DNA of 36,790 bases from Leptolinea sp. (GCA_022837205.1 JALHEL010000001.1:1-36790); one strand, 5' to 3'; shown: positions 1 to 9,138, counted from the stretch's first letter. A program made the numbers and translations. Notes: generated by a model from the letters alone, not told the origin.

Positions 1-608
1 AACCGGCGGAACGGTTGGAAAAATATTGGGAATGGATCATTGTATGAAGGGAGGAATCGGCCACGCCGCATGCGAACTCGAACCGGGGATTTGGGTAGGA
101 GCGATTGTCGCGGTTAATTCATTGGGTGATGTAGTGGATCCAGATAATCGTAACATTCTCGCCGGTGCCCGTCTGGTCGACGAAACCGCTGCTAACAAAA
201 ACGACAAAATATTATTTGCGGATACGCTGTCAATCTTGTCCGGAAAAACAAATCAGAAATCTTTGGAAACTGTTTCGGTAAATAATACCGTTATCGGTTG
301 TGTTTTGACAAATGTAAAGCTTTCAAAAGACGAGGCAAACAAATTGGCTCAATGCGGACAGAATGGATTGGTTCTCAGTATTCAACCCGCTCATACTATG
401 TTTGACGGGGATTCAACCCGCTCATACTATGTTTGACGGGGATACAATGTTTGCTGTCTCATCACAGAGAAAGAATGGAAACATTCATGCTGTTACGGCA
501 TTTGCACCGATCGTTGCTGCGCAAGCGATAGTAAATGCAATTCGATTTGCTGACTCAGTTGGTGGAATACCGGCTGCCAGAGATTTTTTATCTACTGAAA
601 GGGAATAA
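1..608 (+). pseudogene. P1/S58 (DmpA-like) peptidase, 5' end outside the window, frameshifted by a 31-bp tandem duplication
   Basis: The frame from position 2 reads TGGTVGKILG..MKGGIG..GAIVAVNSLGDV..NTVIG..; the family C-terminal motif PAHTMFDGDT continues in the 363..608 frame. Removing one repeat copy joins both parts into one ORF ending at 608. Confidence 0.85.
380..441. repeat. Perfect 31-bp tandem duplication (ATTCAACCCGCTCATACTATGTTTGACGGGG x2)
   Basis: Copies at 380-410 and 411-441, read directly from the sequence. Confidence 0.97.
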
Positions 609-609
609 A

Positions 610-1458
610 ATGACACGCATTATAGGTGATACGACATCAGGATTAACTCCAGAACAAGCGAAAGAGATAGGCATCGATTATATTCCTCAAATTGTTATCT
701 TCGGTGATAAATCTTACCGTGACGATTATGAAATCGATCCAGTCACATTTGTAAAAATGTTGGAAGCATCGAAGGAACTGCCAAAGACAGCAGCACCACC
801 TCCTTCGCTTTATACCCCTATTTTTGAAAAACTCCGAGAAAATAAAGAAGATGCTTTGGTATTGGCTCCATCAGTTAAAGTGAGTGGTACTTATCGAAGT
901 GCGATGACAGCCAAGAATGATTTCCCTGATGTCGATATCCGCGTTATCGATACAGGTGTTGTCGGCGGTCCTGTGGCGATGGAATTAATCGAAGCGAAAA
1001 AAATGGCGGATCAGCATCGTTCGCTGGATGAAATCGAAAACTATATCAATTTATTAAATAAGAATGTTCGTTTTTATGCGGTTGTCGATACGCTTGAATA
1101 CCTTTATAAAGGAGGCAGAATCGGCGGAGCATCTAAACTTTTTGGCGACGCTTTACAAATTAAACCGATCCTCACCTTGAAAGACGGACAAGTTGAAGCT
1201 TTTGAAAAACAAAGGACTCAGAAGAAAGCCCTTTCACGTATTGTTGATTTGGTTCAAGCCGAATGTCCGAAGGGTGGGAATCATGGTCTAATCTCACTTT
1301 CTTTAAATGTGAATTTATGTCAAGAGGAATTGTCTTTCTTCAGAAAAGAATTTAAGGAACGTTTTGGATTTGAGAATGTTCCCGTTTTTAATGCTCCTCC
1401 TGCTTTTATGGTTCATGCGGGTCCCAGGGTCGTTTTGGTTTCATTTTTTACCATTTAA
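610..1458 (+). CDS. DegV family fatty-acid-binding protein (FakB-like)
   Basis: IIGDTTSGL, PKTAAPPP, SVKVSGTY, LEYLYKGGRIG, IKPIL and HAGP motifs. Start placed at ATG 610, just after the peptidase stop, rather than at 535. Confidence 0.93.
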   Translation: MTRIIGDTTSGLTPEQAKEIGIDYIPQIVIFGDKSYRDDYEIDPVTFVKMLEASKELPKTAAPPPSLYTPIFEKLRENKEDALVLAPSVKVSGTYRSAMTAKNDFPDVDIRVIDTGVVGGPVAMELIEAKKMADQHRSLDEIENYINLLNKNVRFYAVVDTLEYLYKGGRIGGASKLFGDALQIKPILTLKDGQVEAFEKQRTQKKALSRIVDLVQAECPKGGNHGLISLSLNVNLCQEELSFFRKEFKERFGFENVPVFNAPPAFMVHAGPRVVLVSFFTI

Positions 1459-1476
1459 TATTTCTTAGTGATTTTC

Positions 1477-1506
1477 AAGCTGCCGTCATAGAACGGCAGC
1501 TTTTTA
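1477..1506 (+). terminator. Intrinsic terminator after degV
   Basis: AAGCTGCCGT-cataga-ACGGCAGCTT followed by a T run. Confidence 0.85.
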
Positions 1507-1624
1507 ATGAAAGTATAATAGAATATATATTCTAAATTTGATATATTGTGGTATGATAAATAAGTGGCTATGCGCATTTTTAGATTTTTTTAAGGGAAAC
1601 CGTGAAAAAATCAAATTTTAGGGA

Positions 1625-1653
1625 TTGAATTTTATTAAAAATAAGTGTATTCT
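1625..1653 (+). promoter_or_regulatory. Candidate sigma70 promoter for rpoD
   Basis: TTGAAT-17 bp-TATTCT. A second extended -10-like TGgTATGAT lies near 1549-1557. The region is AT-rich, so the call is uncertain. Confidence 0.4.
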
Positions 1654-1691
1654 GTGTAGAGTACATTACTGATAGAGGATATCAAAACAAA

Positions 1692-2909
1692 ATGAAAGAA
1701 GACTTACTCAATATCGATGTTGATGAAGAAGATGATGATGAGAATTATCCGGCTATCGCCAGATTAATTGAGCTGGGCCGGCAGAAATCATACGTCACTA
1801 TAGACGATATACTCGCATTATTCCCGGATGCCGAACAAGATGTCGAACAACTTGAAGAGGCTTTTTCCGCATTGCTTAGCGCAGGAATTCCGTACTCGGA
1901 AGAGTCCAATCTGGAAGAACCTCCCGAAGAGGAAATTGACCTCGCCGAAGAAGAAAATGAGATCATTCCGAATATTTCAATGGATGATCTCGCCAATATA
2001 GATACCGATGATACGATCGGTCTTTACTTAAAAGAAGTCAGCCGAGTCCCATTGTTGACTGCGGATGAGGAAGTTGAACTTGCCCAACGTATTGAGCGCG
2101 GTAGAATGGCAAGAGAAGAACTTGCCCGAGTAAATGTCACTCCGGAACGTCGCTTGGAGCTTCGTAAGAGTATTGAAGACGGTTGGGCTGCCAGAGAGCA
2201 TTTAATTACCGCAAATTCCCGCTTGGTTATCAGCGTGGCCAAAAAATATATGGGAAGAGGTGTTCCTTTTCTCGATCTGATACAAGAAGGGAATATCGGT
2301 CTAATCAGAGCTACAAAGAAATTCGATTATAGACGAGGGCATAAATTCAGCACTTACGCAACATGGTGGATCCGTCAGGCAGTAACACGTGCTATTGCAG
2401 ATCAAGGAAGAACAATTCGAGTCCCCGTTCATATGGGCGACCAAATTAACAAATTACTGCGTGTACAACACCAACTGACGCAAAAATTGGGTCGCGATCC
2501 TTCTGTGGAAGAACTGGCGGATGCCTTGGATGTTCCCCCGAAGAAAGTCGAAAACATGATTCAAGTAGCGAGAAGACCGCTCTCTTTGGAGACACCTACC
2601 GATGATGAGGAAGATTCCGTCTTAGGCGATTTCATCGAAGATGAAGATGCTCCGGCGCCTGACGATACCGCTACTTATAATTTACTTAAAGAGCATTTAG
2701 ATGAAGTGCTGAATGGTTTGCCACCGAGAGAAGTTCGAATTCTGCAACTTCGGTATGGTTTGTTAGATGGGCAAGCGTATACTTTGGAAGAAGTCGGACG
2801 AAAGATGGGCGTAACGCGAGAACGTGTTCGCCAAATTGAAGCTCAGGCATTGAGTCGTCTGCGACATCCAACCGTTCGAAAGATCTTAAGAGACTATTTA
2901 GGTGATTAA
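1692..2909 (+). CDS. rpoD: Primary RNA polymerase sigma factor RpoD/SigA
   Basis: Acidic region 1.1, [10 protein letters not shown] (1.2), [23 protein letters not shown] (2.3-2.4), [16 protein letters not shown] (4.2). Confidence 0.96.
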   Translation: MKEDLLNIDVDEEDDDENYPAIARLIELGRQKSYVTIDDILALFPDAEQDVEQLEEAFSALLSAGIPYSEESNLEEPPEEEIDLAEEENEIIPNISMDDLANIDTDDTIGLYLKEVSRVPLLTADEEVELAQRIERGRMAREELARVNVTPERRLELRKSIEDGWAAREHLITANSRLVISVAKKYMGRGVPFLDLIQEGNIGLIRATKKFDYRRGHKFSTYATWWIRQAVTRAIADQGRTIRVPVHMGDQINKLLRVQHQLTQKLGRDPSVEELADALDVPPKKVENMIQVARRPLSLETPTDDEEDSVLGDFIEDEDAPAPDDTATYNLLKEHLDEVLNGLPPREVRILQLRYGLLDGQAYTLEEVGRKMGVTRERVRQIEAQALSRLRHPTVRKILRDYLGD

Positions 2910-2912
2910 TTA

Positions 2913-2968
2913 ATCCAAACAAAAAGCCATTCAGCATTGATCTTGCTGAATGGCTTTTTTGTTTGGAT
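2913..2968 (+). terminator. Long inverted-repeat intrinsic terminator after rpoD
   Basis: ATCCAAACAAAAAGCCATTCAGCA-ttgatct-TGCTGAATGGCTTTTTTGTTTGGAT. Confidence 0.85.
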
Positions 2969-3001
2969 ATTTCGTTTAAAATAAGAACGAAAGGAATTTA
3001 A

Positions 3002-4414
3002 TTGGCTAAGATAGAATTGAATGATTATCTCGGGAGAATTGATACGCTTGTGTCTGAAAGCAAATATGAACAGGCTGCATATCATTGTTTTTATCTTCTG
3101 AGACAATTTCCCAAATTATTATCCCTTTATAAATTATTGGGAAGAATATTCCTGGAAATGAATGAACTCAGACCTGCTCTGGATACTTATTCTCGGATCG
3201 TTTCTGCGGAGCCGGATAATTTTTTAAACCATTTAGCACTCGGTTTTATTTTCGAAGAATTAAAACTGCCGGATCAAGCCATATTTTTTTCGCAATCCGC
3301 TTTATTTTTGCAACCGGAAAATAAAGAGGTTGTCAGTTTATATCAGCGATTGCTCAGCCGGATGAAAAATTATCCCAATCCGGAAAGTTTTTCTCATTTA
3401 TTAGCGGGAATTCACTTTTATAACGAAAGAAACTATGAAAAAGCAATCAATGAGCTGCAAATTAATTCACTTGAAAGTTATCAGACCTTCGGATCTTTAT
3501 TTATCGGACTAAGTTTGTTTGAAAATCATCAAGAGGATGAGGGAATAAAATTGCTCCAAATCATTTTGGAAAAATCACCTTATCTTCAATCAGCATTACA
3601 GAAAACCGCCGTCTATTGGCAAAAAAAGAACCCTCAGCTTTTTATGAAATACCTCAATAGATTAATTGAATTAAATCCCGATTATTCCGAATATACCATA
3701 CAAGATAATCAATTAACCTGCGGGAATAATTCGATCCAAGTGATCTATCAGGAATGGACAGGTTTTCAAAACTCGAAATTGAGAACGGTTTGGCAACAGC
3801 CCGGGTCACATATTATCGAAAATGATCTTTCCGCATTACCTTCTTGGTTAAAATTATTGCCGGTTTGTCCGGATTTTCTTTATCAGACGAATAACCGGAA
3901 TGAAGAAGAAAATGTATTTTATTCTTCAGAAAGAAAGAAAATTTTATTGGAGGAAGATTCTTTCTTCCAAAGAGATTATTTTAAATCCCAAATTCCCGAA
4001 TCAGATAAGAATTCTCAAAAGCAGCGTGAGTCAACTGAGAAGGATCAAAAGATAGGAAAATCATCCCGCTCGACAAAAAGTTTAGATGATGCTTTTCACT
4101 GGCTGGAAAAAGTGGTCACCGAAGGGGTTGAAATAAAACAGGAAGGTACTGCCGAAAAACAATTTGATTCTGACCGTAAAGCGGATATAGATGAGTTTGA
4201 AAATGATCTCCAAAATAAGGAAGAAACAGAAATGGTTCGAAATGCATGGACATGTTTCAGCACCGGAAATCAAGTAGAAGGTATTCGACTTTATAAACAG
4301 TTACTTGAAAAACAAATAAAACCGGAAATGGTTCAAGAAGATTTGCAGAAACTTTTAATTCTTTTTCCGGAAAATGAAGAACTTCAAAAAATCATAAATG
4401 AAAGAGGGAAATAA
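3002..4414 (+). CDS. Tetratricopeptide-repeat protein
   Basis: TTG start after AAGGA. N-terminal TPR-like helices (LGRIFLEMNELRPALDTYSRIVSAEPDN..LALGFIFEEL), a charged low-complexity linker and a C-terminal TPR-like segment. Confidence 0.75.
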   Translation: MAKIELNDYLGRIDTLVSESKYEQAAYHCFYLLRQFPKLLSLYKLLGRIFLEMNELRPALDTYSRIVSAEPDNFLNHLALGFIFEELKLPDQAIFFSQSALFLQPENKEVVSLYQRLLSRMKNYPNPESFSHLLAGIHFYNERNYEKAINELQINSLESYQTFGSLFIGLSLFENHQEDEGIKLLQIILEKSPYLQSALQKTAVYWQKKNPQLFMKYLNRLIELNPDYSEYTIQDNQLTCGNNSIQVIYQEWTGFQNSKLRTVWQQPGSHIIENDLSALPSWLKLLPVCPDFLYQTNNRNEEENVFYSSERKKILLEEDSFFQRDYFKSQIPESDKNSQKQRESTEKDQKIGKSSRSTKSLDDAFHWLEKVVTEGVEIKQEGTAEKQFDSDRKADIDEFENDLQNKEETEMVRNAWTCFSTGNQVEGIRLYKQLLEKQIKPEMVQEDLQKLLILFPENEELQKIINERGK

Positions 4415-4416
4415 AA

Positions 4417-4875
4417 ATGGAAAAAACATTCGTATGTATCAAGCCTGATGGTGTTCAACGTGGATTAATCGGTGAAATTATTCAACGATTTGAAAATCGC
4501 GGGCTCATTCTTTGTGCCGCAAAATTTATGATAGTTTCGAAAGAATTCGCCGAACGTCATTATGCCGAACATATCGGGAAACCTTTTTACAACGGTTTAG
4601 TCAATTACATTACATCCGGTCCCGTTTTTGCAATGGTTTGGGAAGGTGAAGAAGCGGTGAAAGCGGTTCGCCAGACCGTCGGAGCTACAAAGCCTATTGA
4701 ATCGGCTCCCGGAACAATTCGCCACGATTTCAGCGCCAAAACGGACCGGAATCTTATCCATGCATCCGATTCTGTTACTACGGCTGAGCGTGAGATTAAC
4801 CTTTGGTTTGAACCGGATGAAATAGTTACCTGGGATAAAATCAGCTCTCCGTGGGTTTTCGGAAATAATTCTTAA
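4417..4875 (+). CDS. ndk: Nucleoside diphosphate kinase
   Basis: MEKTFVCIKPDGVQRGLIGEII, SGPV, PGTIR, catalytic NLIHASDS. Confidence 0.98.
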   Translation: MEKTFVCIKPDGVQRGLIGEIIQRFENRGLILCAAKFMIVSKEFAERHYAEHIGKPFYNGLVNYITSGPVFAMVWEGEEAVKAVRQTVGATKPIESAPGTIRHDFSAKTDRNLIHASDSVTTAEREINLWFEPDEIVTWDKISSPWVFGNNS

Positions 4876-5304
4876 TCAGATCGGTAAATGGATACCTCCT
4901 TCCGCTCCACGATCGGATTTTTCTTTAAATAAATCAGAAATTTGAACTTCCCGAACCTCGGGAGTCTCAATCGGGACAATCAACAATTGAGCGATTGCCT
5001 GTCCTTTCTCAATTTGAATTGTTTCGGTTTTAATATTAAATATCTTAATTTTGATTTCTCCCTGATAACCGGCATCAACTACCCCTCCTCCCAGCAGAAA
5101 ATTGCTGCCGCTTTTGAGAAAAATAAGTCCGACATAACCTTTCGGAATATCAACGGCTATGCCGGTACCGATCACATTAATTCCGTTTCCTTCAATTATT
5201 TTTGTCTCGGAAGCATATAAATCAAGTCCGGCATCATCGGAATGCTTCCGGCTGGGAAGAATCGAATCACAATTTATTTTTGCTGCATTAAGAACAGGTA
5301 TCAT
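4876..5304 (-). CDS. dut: Trimeric-type dUTPase (divergent)
   Basis: Motif 1 DAGLDL, motif 3 GVVDAGYQGEI, motif 4 IAQL. Motifs 2 and 5 are atypical. Confidence 0.88.
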   Translation of the reverse strand: MIPVLNAAKINCDSILPSRKHSDDAGLDLYASETKIIEGNGINVIGTGIAVDIPKGYVGLIFLKSGSNFLLGGGVVDAGYQGEIKIKIFNIKTETIQIEKGQAIAQLLIVPIETPEVREVQISDLFKEKSDRGAEGGIHLPI

Positions 5305-5392
5305 TTTTCCCCTTTCCGATCTTTAAATCATTTAAGCAGTCTCATTATATTAAACTTTTTCAGAAATGTTGTCATATCTTTTTAAAATTCAT

Positions 5393-5422
5393 TTGCAGAA
5401 AACAATTGTTTTCGATTAAAGT
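5393..5422 (+). promoter_or_regulatory. Candidate promoter of the leader-ask-asd-hom transcript, with a perfect 16-bp palindrome in its spacer
   Basis: TTGCAG (5393-5398)-18 bp-TAAAGT (5417-5422); GAAAACAATTGTTTTC at 5398-5413. Confidence 0.45.
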
Positions 5423-5432
5423 TGATGCATAT

Positions 5433-5510
5433 ATGAAACACACAGATTTCCGAAATTTTGTTGAATATATCGTAACGACTACGGGGACTACTCTGCTCTA
5501 TCTACCTTGA
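5433..5510 (+). CDS. Thr-rich attenuator leader peptide, 25 aa: MKHTDFRNFVEYIVTTTGTTLLYLP
   Basis: ATG 5433 to TGA 5510, with five Thr codons in six positions (5475-5492), directly upstream of a terminator and the aspartate kinase gene. Confidence 0.8.
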   Translation: MKHTDFRNFVEYIVTTTGTTLLYLP

Positions 5511-5573
5511 AGAGGCGGATTCTTTACGAATTCAAATAAAACTAAGAGCTGCCTCAAAAGGGCAGCTTTTTTT
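5492..5573 (+). promoter_or_regulatory. Transcription attenuator (protector, antiterminator and terminator hairpins)
   Basis: 1:2 TCTGCTCT (5492-5499) with AGAGGCGGA (5511-5519); 2:3 GAGGCGGATTCTT (5512-5524) with AAGAGCTGCCTC (5544-5555); 3:4 AGCTGCC (5547-5553) with GGCAGCT (5561-5567) plus a T run to 5573. Confidence 0.8.
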
Positions 5574-5595
5574 ATATCGAAATGAGGTCTTTTTT

Positions 5596-7023
5596 ATGGA
5601 AAACACATCGATACCAAATCATATATTGGTCATGAAATATGGCGGAAGTTCCGTCGGTTCTCCTGTAGCAATGAAATCGGCAGTCAGAATTATCCGTGAA
5701 ACGAAAAAAGAGTATCCCAATCTTGTTGTGGTTACTTCTGCCATTTCAGGAGCCACCGATGCTCTGATAAAAAGCGCAACCGATGCTTCGTCAGGGAATT
5801 TAACCACCGCAGAAAAAACCGCTCATGAGCTTACTGCCAGACATCATGAATTGATTGACAAATTGGTCGAAGATCCGAAAATCTGGCTTCAATTAAAAAT
5901 GGATGTAAATCGTCTAATATCCGAATTTGTAAATTTATGCAATGCAATCAAGATTCTCGGAGAATTAAGTCCGCGCGCTTTAGATGCGGTTTCAAGTTTG
6001 GGAGAACGCTTGTCGGTTCGGATTTTATCGGCAGCGGTCGAGTCAGCCGGAATTAAGTCAAAACCGGTCGAATCAACTCAATTGATCATAACCGATGATG
6101 TTTATCAAAGCGCCTCTCCGGATATGGAATTAACCTCCGTTCGATGCAAAAAAGTCCTATATCCGATACTCAATGAAGGAATAACCCCGATTGTTACCGG
6201 ATTTATCGGCGCAACGAAAGAAGGATCCATTACCACTTTAGGGAGAGGAGGAAGCGATTATTCCGCTTCCATTATTGCAGTAGGATTGGAAGCGGAAGAA
6301 GTTTGGATTTGGACGGACGTGACCGGTGTCATGAGTGCCGATCCGCGAATTGTTCCCGATGCAAAGACAATTCCTGCATTAACCTATAATGAAGTTTCGG
6401 AAATGGCATATTACGGAGCGAAAGTACTCCATCCCAAGAGCGTCAAACCTTGTGTGGAAAATGGCATAAAGATGCGGATTTGCAATACGTTTGCACCACA
6501 GAGTCAAGGGACTATCTTGATTCACAATAATGACGCCGTGGATGTCGGTAAGATTAAAGCGGTTACAACGGCATCGGGATTTAAATTGATAACTGTTTCG
6601 GGTGCAGGAATGGATTCCGGAATGAATGCATCAGCCAAAATATTTAATGGATTTGTCGAAGCCGGAGTAAATGTCCCGATGGTGATTGAAAGTTCTTCAG
6701 AGCAATCATTGTGTTTTCCGATCGATATAAAAAAGGTGAATAAAGTTGAAAAAGTACTCAGAACCATTCTGGAGAAAGAAATTTCGCGAAAAGATATTGA
6801 TGAATTTGAAATCAGCGAACCGGTCGATATCTTAACCGTGATTTGTTCCGGACTTAAATCCCATCCGGAAGTAATCACGCAGGTATTAAGTAAATTAATC
6901 GAGAATCAATACAAAATCAAAGCTCTTTCTTACGGAGCCTCAGACGTATCATTGAATATTATTGTCAGTTCCTCCGATTCGATTTCAGCTCTCAAGGCGA
7001 TTCACCAATTGATTTCATTCTAA
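5596..7023 (+). CDS. lysC: Aspartate kinase with C-terminal ACT-like domains
   Basis: MKYGGSSV, VVVTSA, SLGERLS, TTLGRGGSDYSA, IWTDVTGVMSADPR, YYGAKVLHP. Confidence 0.95.
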   Translation: MENTSIPNHILVMKYGGSSVGSPVAMKSAVRIIRETKKEYPNLVVVTSAISGATDALIKSATDASSGNLTTAEKTAHELTARHHELIDKLVEDPKIWLQLKMDVNRLISEFVNLCNAIKILGELSPRALDAVSSLGERLSVRILSAAVESAGIKSKPVESTQLIITDDVYQSASPDMELTSVRCKKVLYPILNEGITPIVTGFIGATKEGSITTLGRGGSDYSASIIAVGLEAEEVWIWTDVTGVMSADPRIVPDAKTIPALTYNEVSEMAYYGAKVLHPKSVKPCVENGIKMRICNTFAPQSQGTILIHNNDAVDVGKIKAVTTASGFKLITVSGAGMDSGMNASAKIFNGFVEAGVNVPMVIESSSEQSLCFPIDIKKVNKVEKVLRTILEKEISRKDIDEFEISEPVDILTVICSGLKSHPEVITQVLSKLIENQYKIKALSYGASDVSLNIIVSSSDSISALKAIHQLISF

Positions 7024-7045
7024 TCACATGAAAGGATATAAGATT

Positions 7046-8107
7046 ATGAGTAATAAAATTCCCGTCTCAGTTTTAGCTGCAACCGGCAGTGTCGGTCAAC
7101 GTTTTATCAGTTTATTGGATCAACATCCGTGGTTTGAAGTGGTCGAAATAACAGCTTCGGATCGATCGGTCGGAAAAACTTATGAAGAATCCTGTCACTG
7201 GCTTCTTTCGGATCCGATGCCTGAATACGTAAAAAAAATGGAGCTGCTGCCTACCGATGCGGATGCGATCAAGAAATCTCAAATAGCTTTCTCGGCACTC
7301 CCGGCCGAAATTGCCATGATAGTCGAACCGGATTTTGCCAGAAAAGGCATATATGTCAGTTCAAATGCTTCTGCCTATCGGAAAGATCCGCTGGTACCGA
7401 TTCTGGTTCCGGAGGTAAATCCCGATCATTTGCAAATATTAGATGTTCAACAGAAAACATATCAATGGCCGGGAGCGATTATGACGAATCCGAACTGTAC
7501 GACAGTCGGCTTTGTTGTCCCATTAAATGCAATCGACAAACATTTTGGCGTTACAAAAGCAATTGTTTTTTCGATGCAAGCTCTTTCCGGAGCAGGCTAC
7601 CCCGGCGTACCCGGTATGGATATCTTGGATAACGTCATCCCTTTTATCAGCGGAGAAGAAGAAAAATTGGAGTATGAACCGGCCAAAATTATGGGAAATT
7701 TTGATGGTGAAAAAATCGTTCAACATCCGATTGTAATTTCGGCTCATACGAATCGGGTAGCGGTTACAGATGCACATACAATTTGCCTTTCATTCGCGGT
7801 TCGGGAAAAGGTCTCCGAAGAGCAGATTATATCAACTTTGGAAAATTTTGAATTTCCGGAAATATGCCGAAGTCTTCCATCCTGTCCTAAAAAAGGTATC
7901 ATTTATCATAAAGAAGAAAATCGTCCTCAACCGCGTTGGGATCGTTCACTGGAAAAAGGAATGGCTACCAATGTCGGAAGAGTTCGAAAAGATAATATCC
8001 TGGATTATCGAATGGTTACGGTTTCTCATAATACAATCAGAGGAGCGGCAGGCGGATCAATTCTAAATGGAGAATTACTGGCAAAAATAAAATTCAGAAT
8101 GAACTAA
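7046..8107 (+). CDS. asd: Aspartate-semialdehyde dehydrogenase (archaeal/fungal-like subtype)
   Basis: ATGSVGQRF, SNASAYR, VPEVNPDH, catalytic NPNCTT, QALSGAG, HNTIRGAAGGS. Start placed at ATG 7046 after AAAGGA. Confidence 0.95.
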   Translation: MSNKIPVSVLAATGSVGQRFISLLDQHPWFEVVEITASDRSVGKTYEESCHWLLSDPMPEYVKKMELLPTDADAIKKSQIAFSALPAEIAMIVEPDFARKGIYVSSNASAYRKDPLVPILVPEVNPDHLQILDVQQKTYQWPGAIMTNPNCTTVGFVVPLNAIDKHFGVTKAIVFSMQALSGAGYPGVPGMDILDNVIPFISGEEEKLEYEPAKIMGNFDGEKIVQHPIVISAHTNRVAVTDAHTICLSFAVREKVSEEQIISTLENFEFPEICRSLPSCPKKGIIYHKEENRPQPRWDRSLEKGMATNVGRVRKDNILDYRMVTVSHNTIRGAAGGSILNGELLAKIKFRMN

Positions 8108-8121
8108 AAAGGAGCCCACTC

Positions 8122-9138
8122 ATGAAAAATGTCAAAATCGGAGTCGTTGGCTATGGCAATGTCGGAAAAGGTTTTGTCCAGGCATTAAATCAGAAAACGG
8201 ATTTCTACCGTAAAATTTATCAACTAAATTTTTTCATTACAGCAATTGTCACGAAAAATAACGGTTGTGTCTATAACCCTAACGGCATTTCATTGGACGA
8301 ATTGCTTACGGTAAATTCATTCGCCGAATTAAGTGATGTTGAACGACCGGATTGGAACACAATTTCAATGATTCAACAAGCTGAAACCGATGTAATTGTG
8401 GAAATCAGTTCGACGAATTTAATCAATGGAGAACCGGCGGTTTTGCATATTCGAGAAGCGATTCTCTCCGGTAAGAATGTGGTTACCAGCAACAAAGGGC
8501 CGATTGCTTTGCATTATAAAATGCTGAACAGTTTAGCCAATCAAAATAATGTGAAACTGGGGATTGAAGGAACAGTAATGAGCGGAACTCCTTCTCTGAG
8601 GTTCGCAAAAGACTTGCTTTTTCCTTCCGGCATCACTTCCGTACGAGGCATTCTTAACGGAACCTGCAATTTTATTTTAACGGAGATGGAAAAAGGATTA
8701 AGTTTTAATGAAGCTCTTGCCCATGCACAAGAATTCGGTTACGCGGAAACCGATCCGAGCGGAGATATCGAAGGGTTAGACACAGCTGGAAAAGTTGCGA
8801 TCCTTTCACAACTGATATTTGACGAAAAACAGACACCGGCTGAAATGGGTTATGAAGGAATTACCGGAATAACCGTCGAAGATATCCAAATGGCAAAAAA
8901 AGAGAATTGCAGATGGAAATTGATCGGTTCAGTTAAGAAAGTTCAGAACCATATAATAACTTCTGTAAAACCGGAAATGGTTCCATTATCCAATCCGTTG
9001 GCAAATGTTAATGGCTCGATGAATGCGATTCAATATGAGACGGATTTGTTAGGTATGGTCACATTAATCGGACCCGGGGCAGGTCGTATGGAAACTGCCG
9101 CTGCCTTATTGGAAGATTTGATAACCATTTACAAATAG
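8122..9138 (+). CDS. hom: Homoserine dehydrogenase (short form, no ACT domain)
   Basis: GYGNVG, VVTSNKGP, EGTVMSGTP, GILNGTCNFIL, GYAETDPSGDIEGLD, GPGAG. Confidence 0.95.
   Translation: MKNVKIGVVGYGNVGKGFVQALNQKTDFYRKIYQLNFFITAIVTKNNGCVYNPNGISLDELLTVNSFAELSDVERPDWNTISMIQQAETDVIVEISSTNLINGEPAVLHIREAILSGKNVVTSNKGPIALHYKMLNSLANQNNVKLGIEGTVMSGTPSLRFAKDLLFPSGITSVRGILNGTCNFILTEMEKGLSFNEALAHAQEFGYAETDPSGDIEGLDTAGKVAILSQLIFDEKQTPAEMGYEGITGITVEDIQMAKKENCRWKLIGSVKKVQNHIITSVKPEMVPLSNPLANVNGSMNAIQYETDLLGMVTLIGPGAGRMETAAALLEDLITIYK

Noticed and set aside
380-441. 31-bp repeat as a CRISPR array
   Set aside because: The two copies are adjacent with no spacer, encode a conserved peptidase motif, and no cas genes are present.
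2913-2968. Long inverted repeat as a MITE or REP element
   Set aside because: Single copy in the window, directly after the rpoD stop, with a T run; a terminator is sufficient explanation.
5401-5595. T-box, lysine or SAM riboswitch upstream of aspartate kinase
   Set aside because: No T-box GGTGGNACC bulge or recognisable riboswitch core; the leader-peptide model explains the hairpins.
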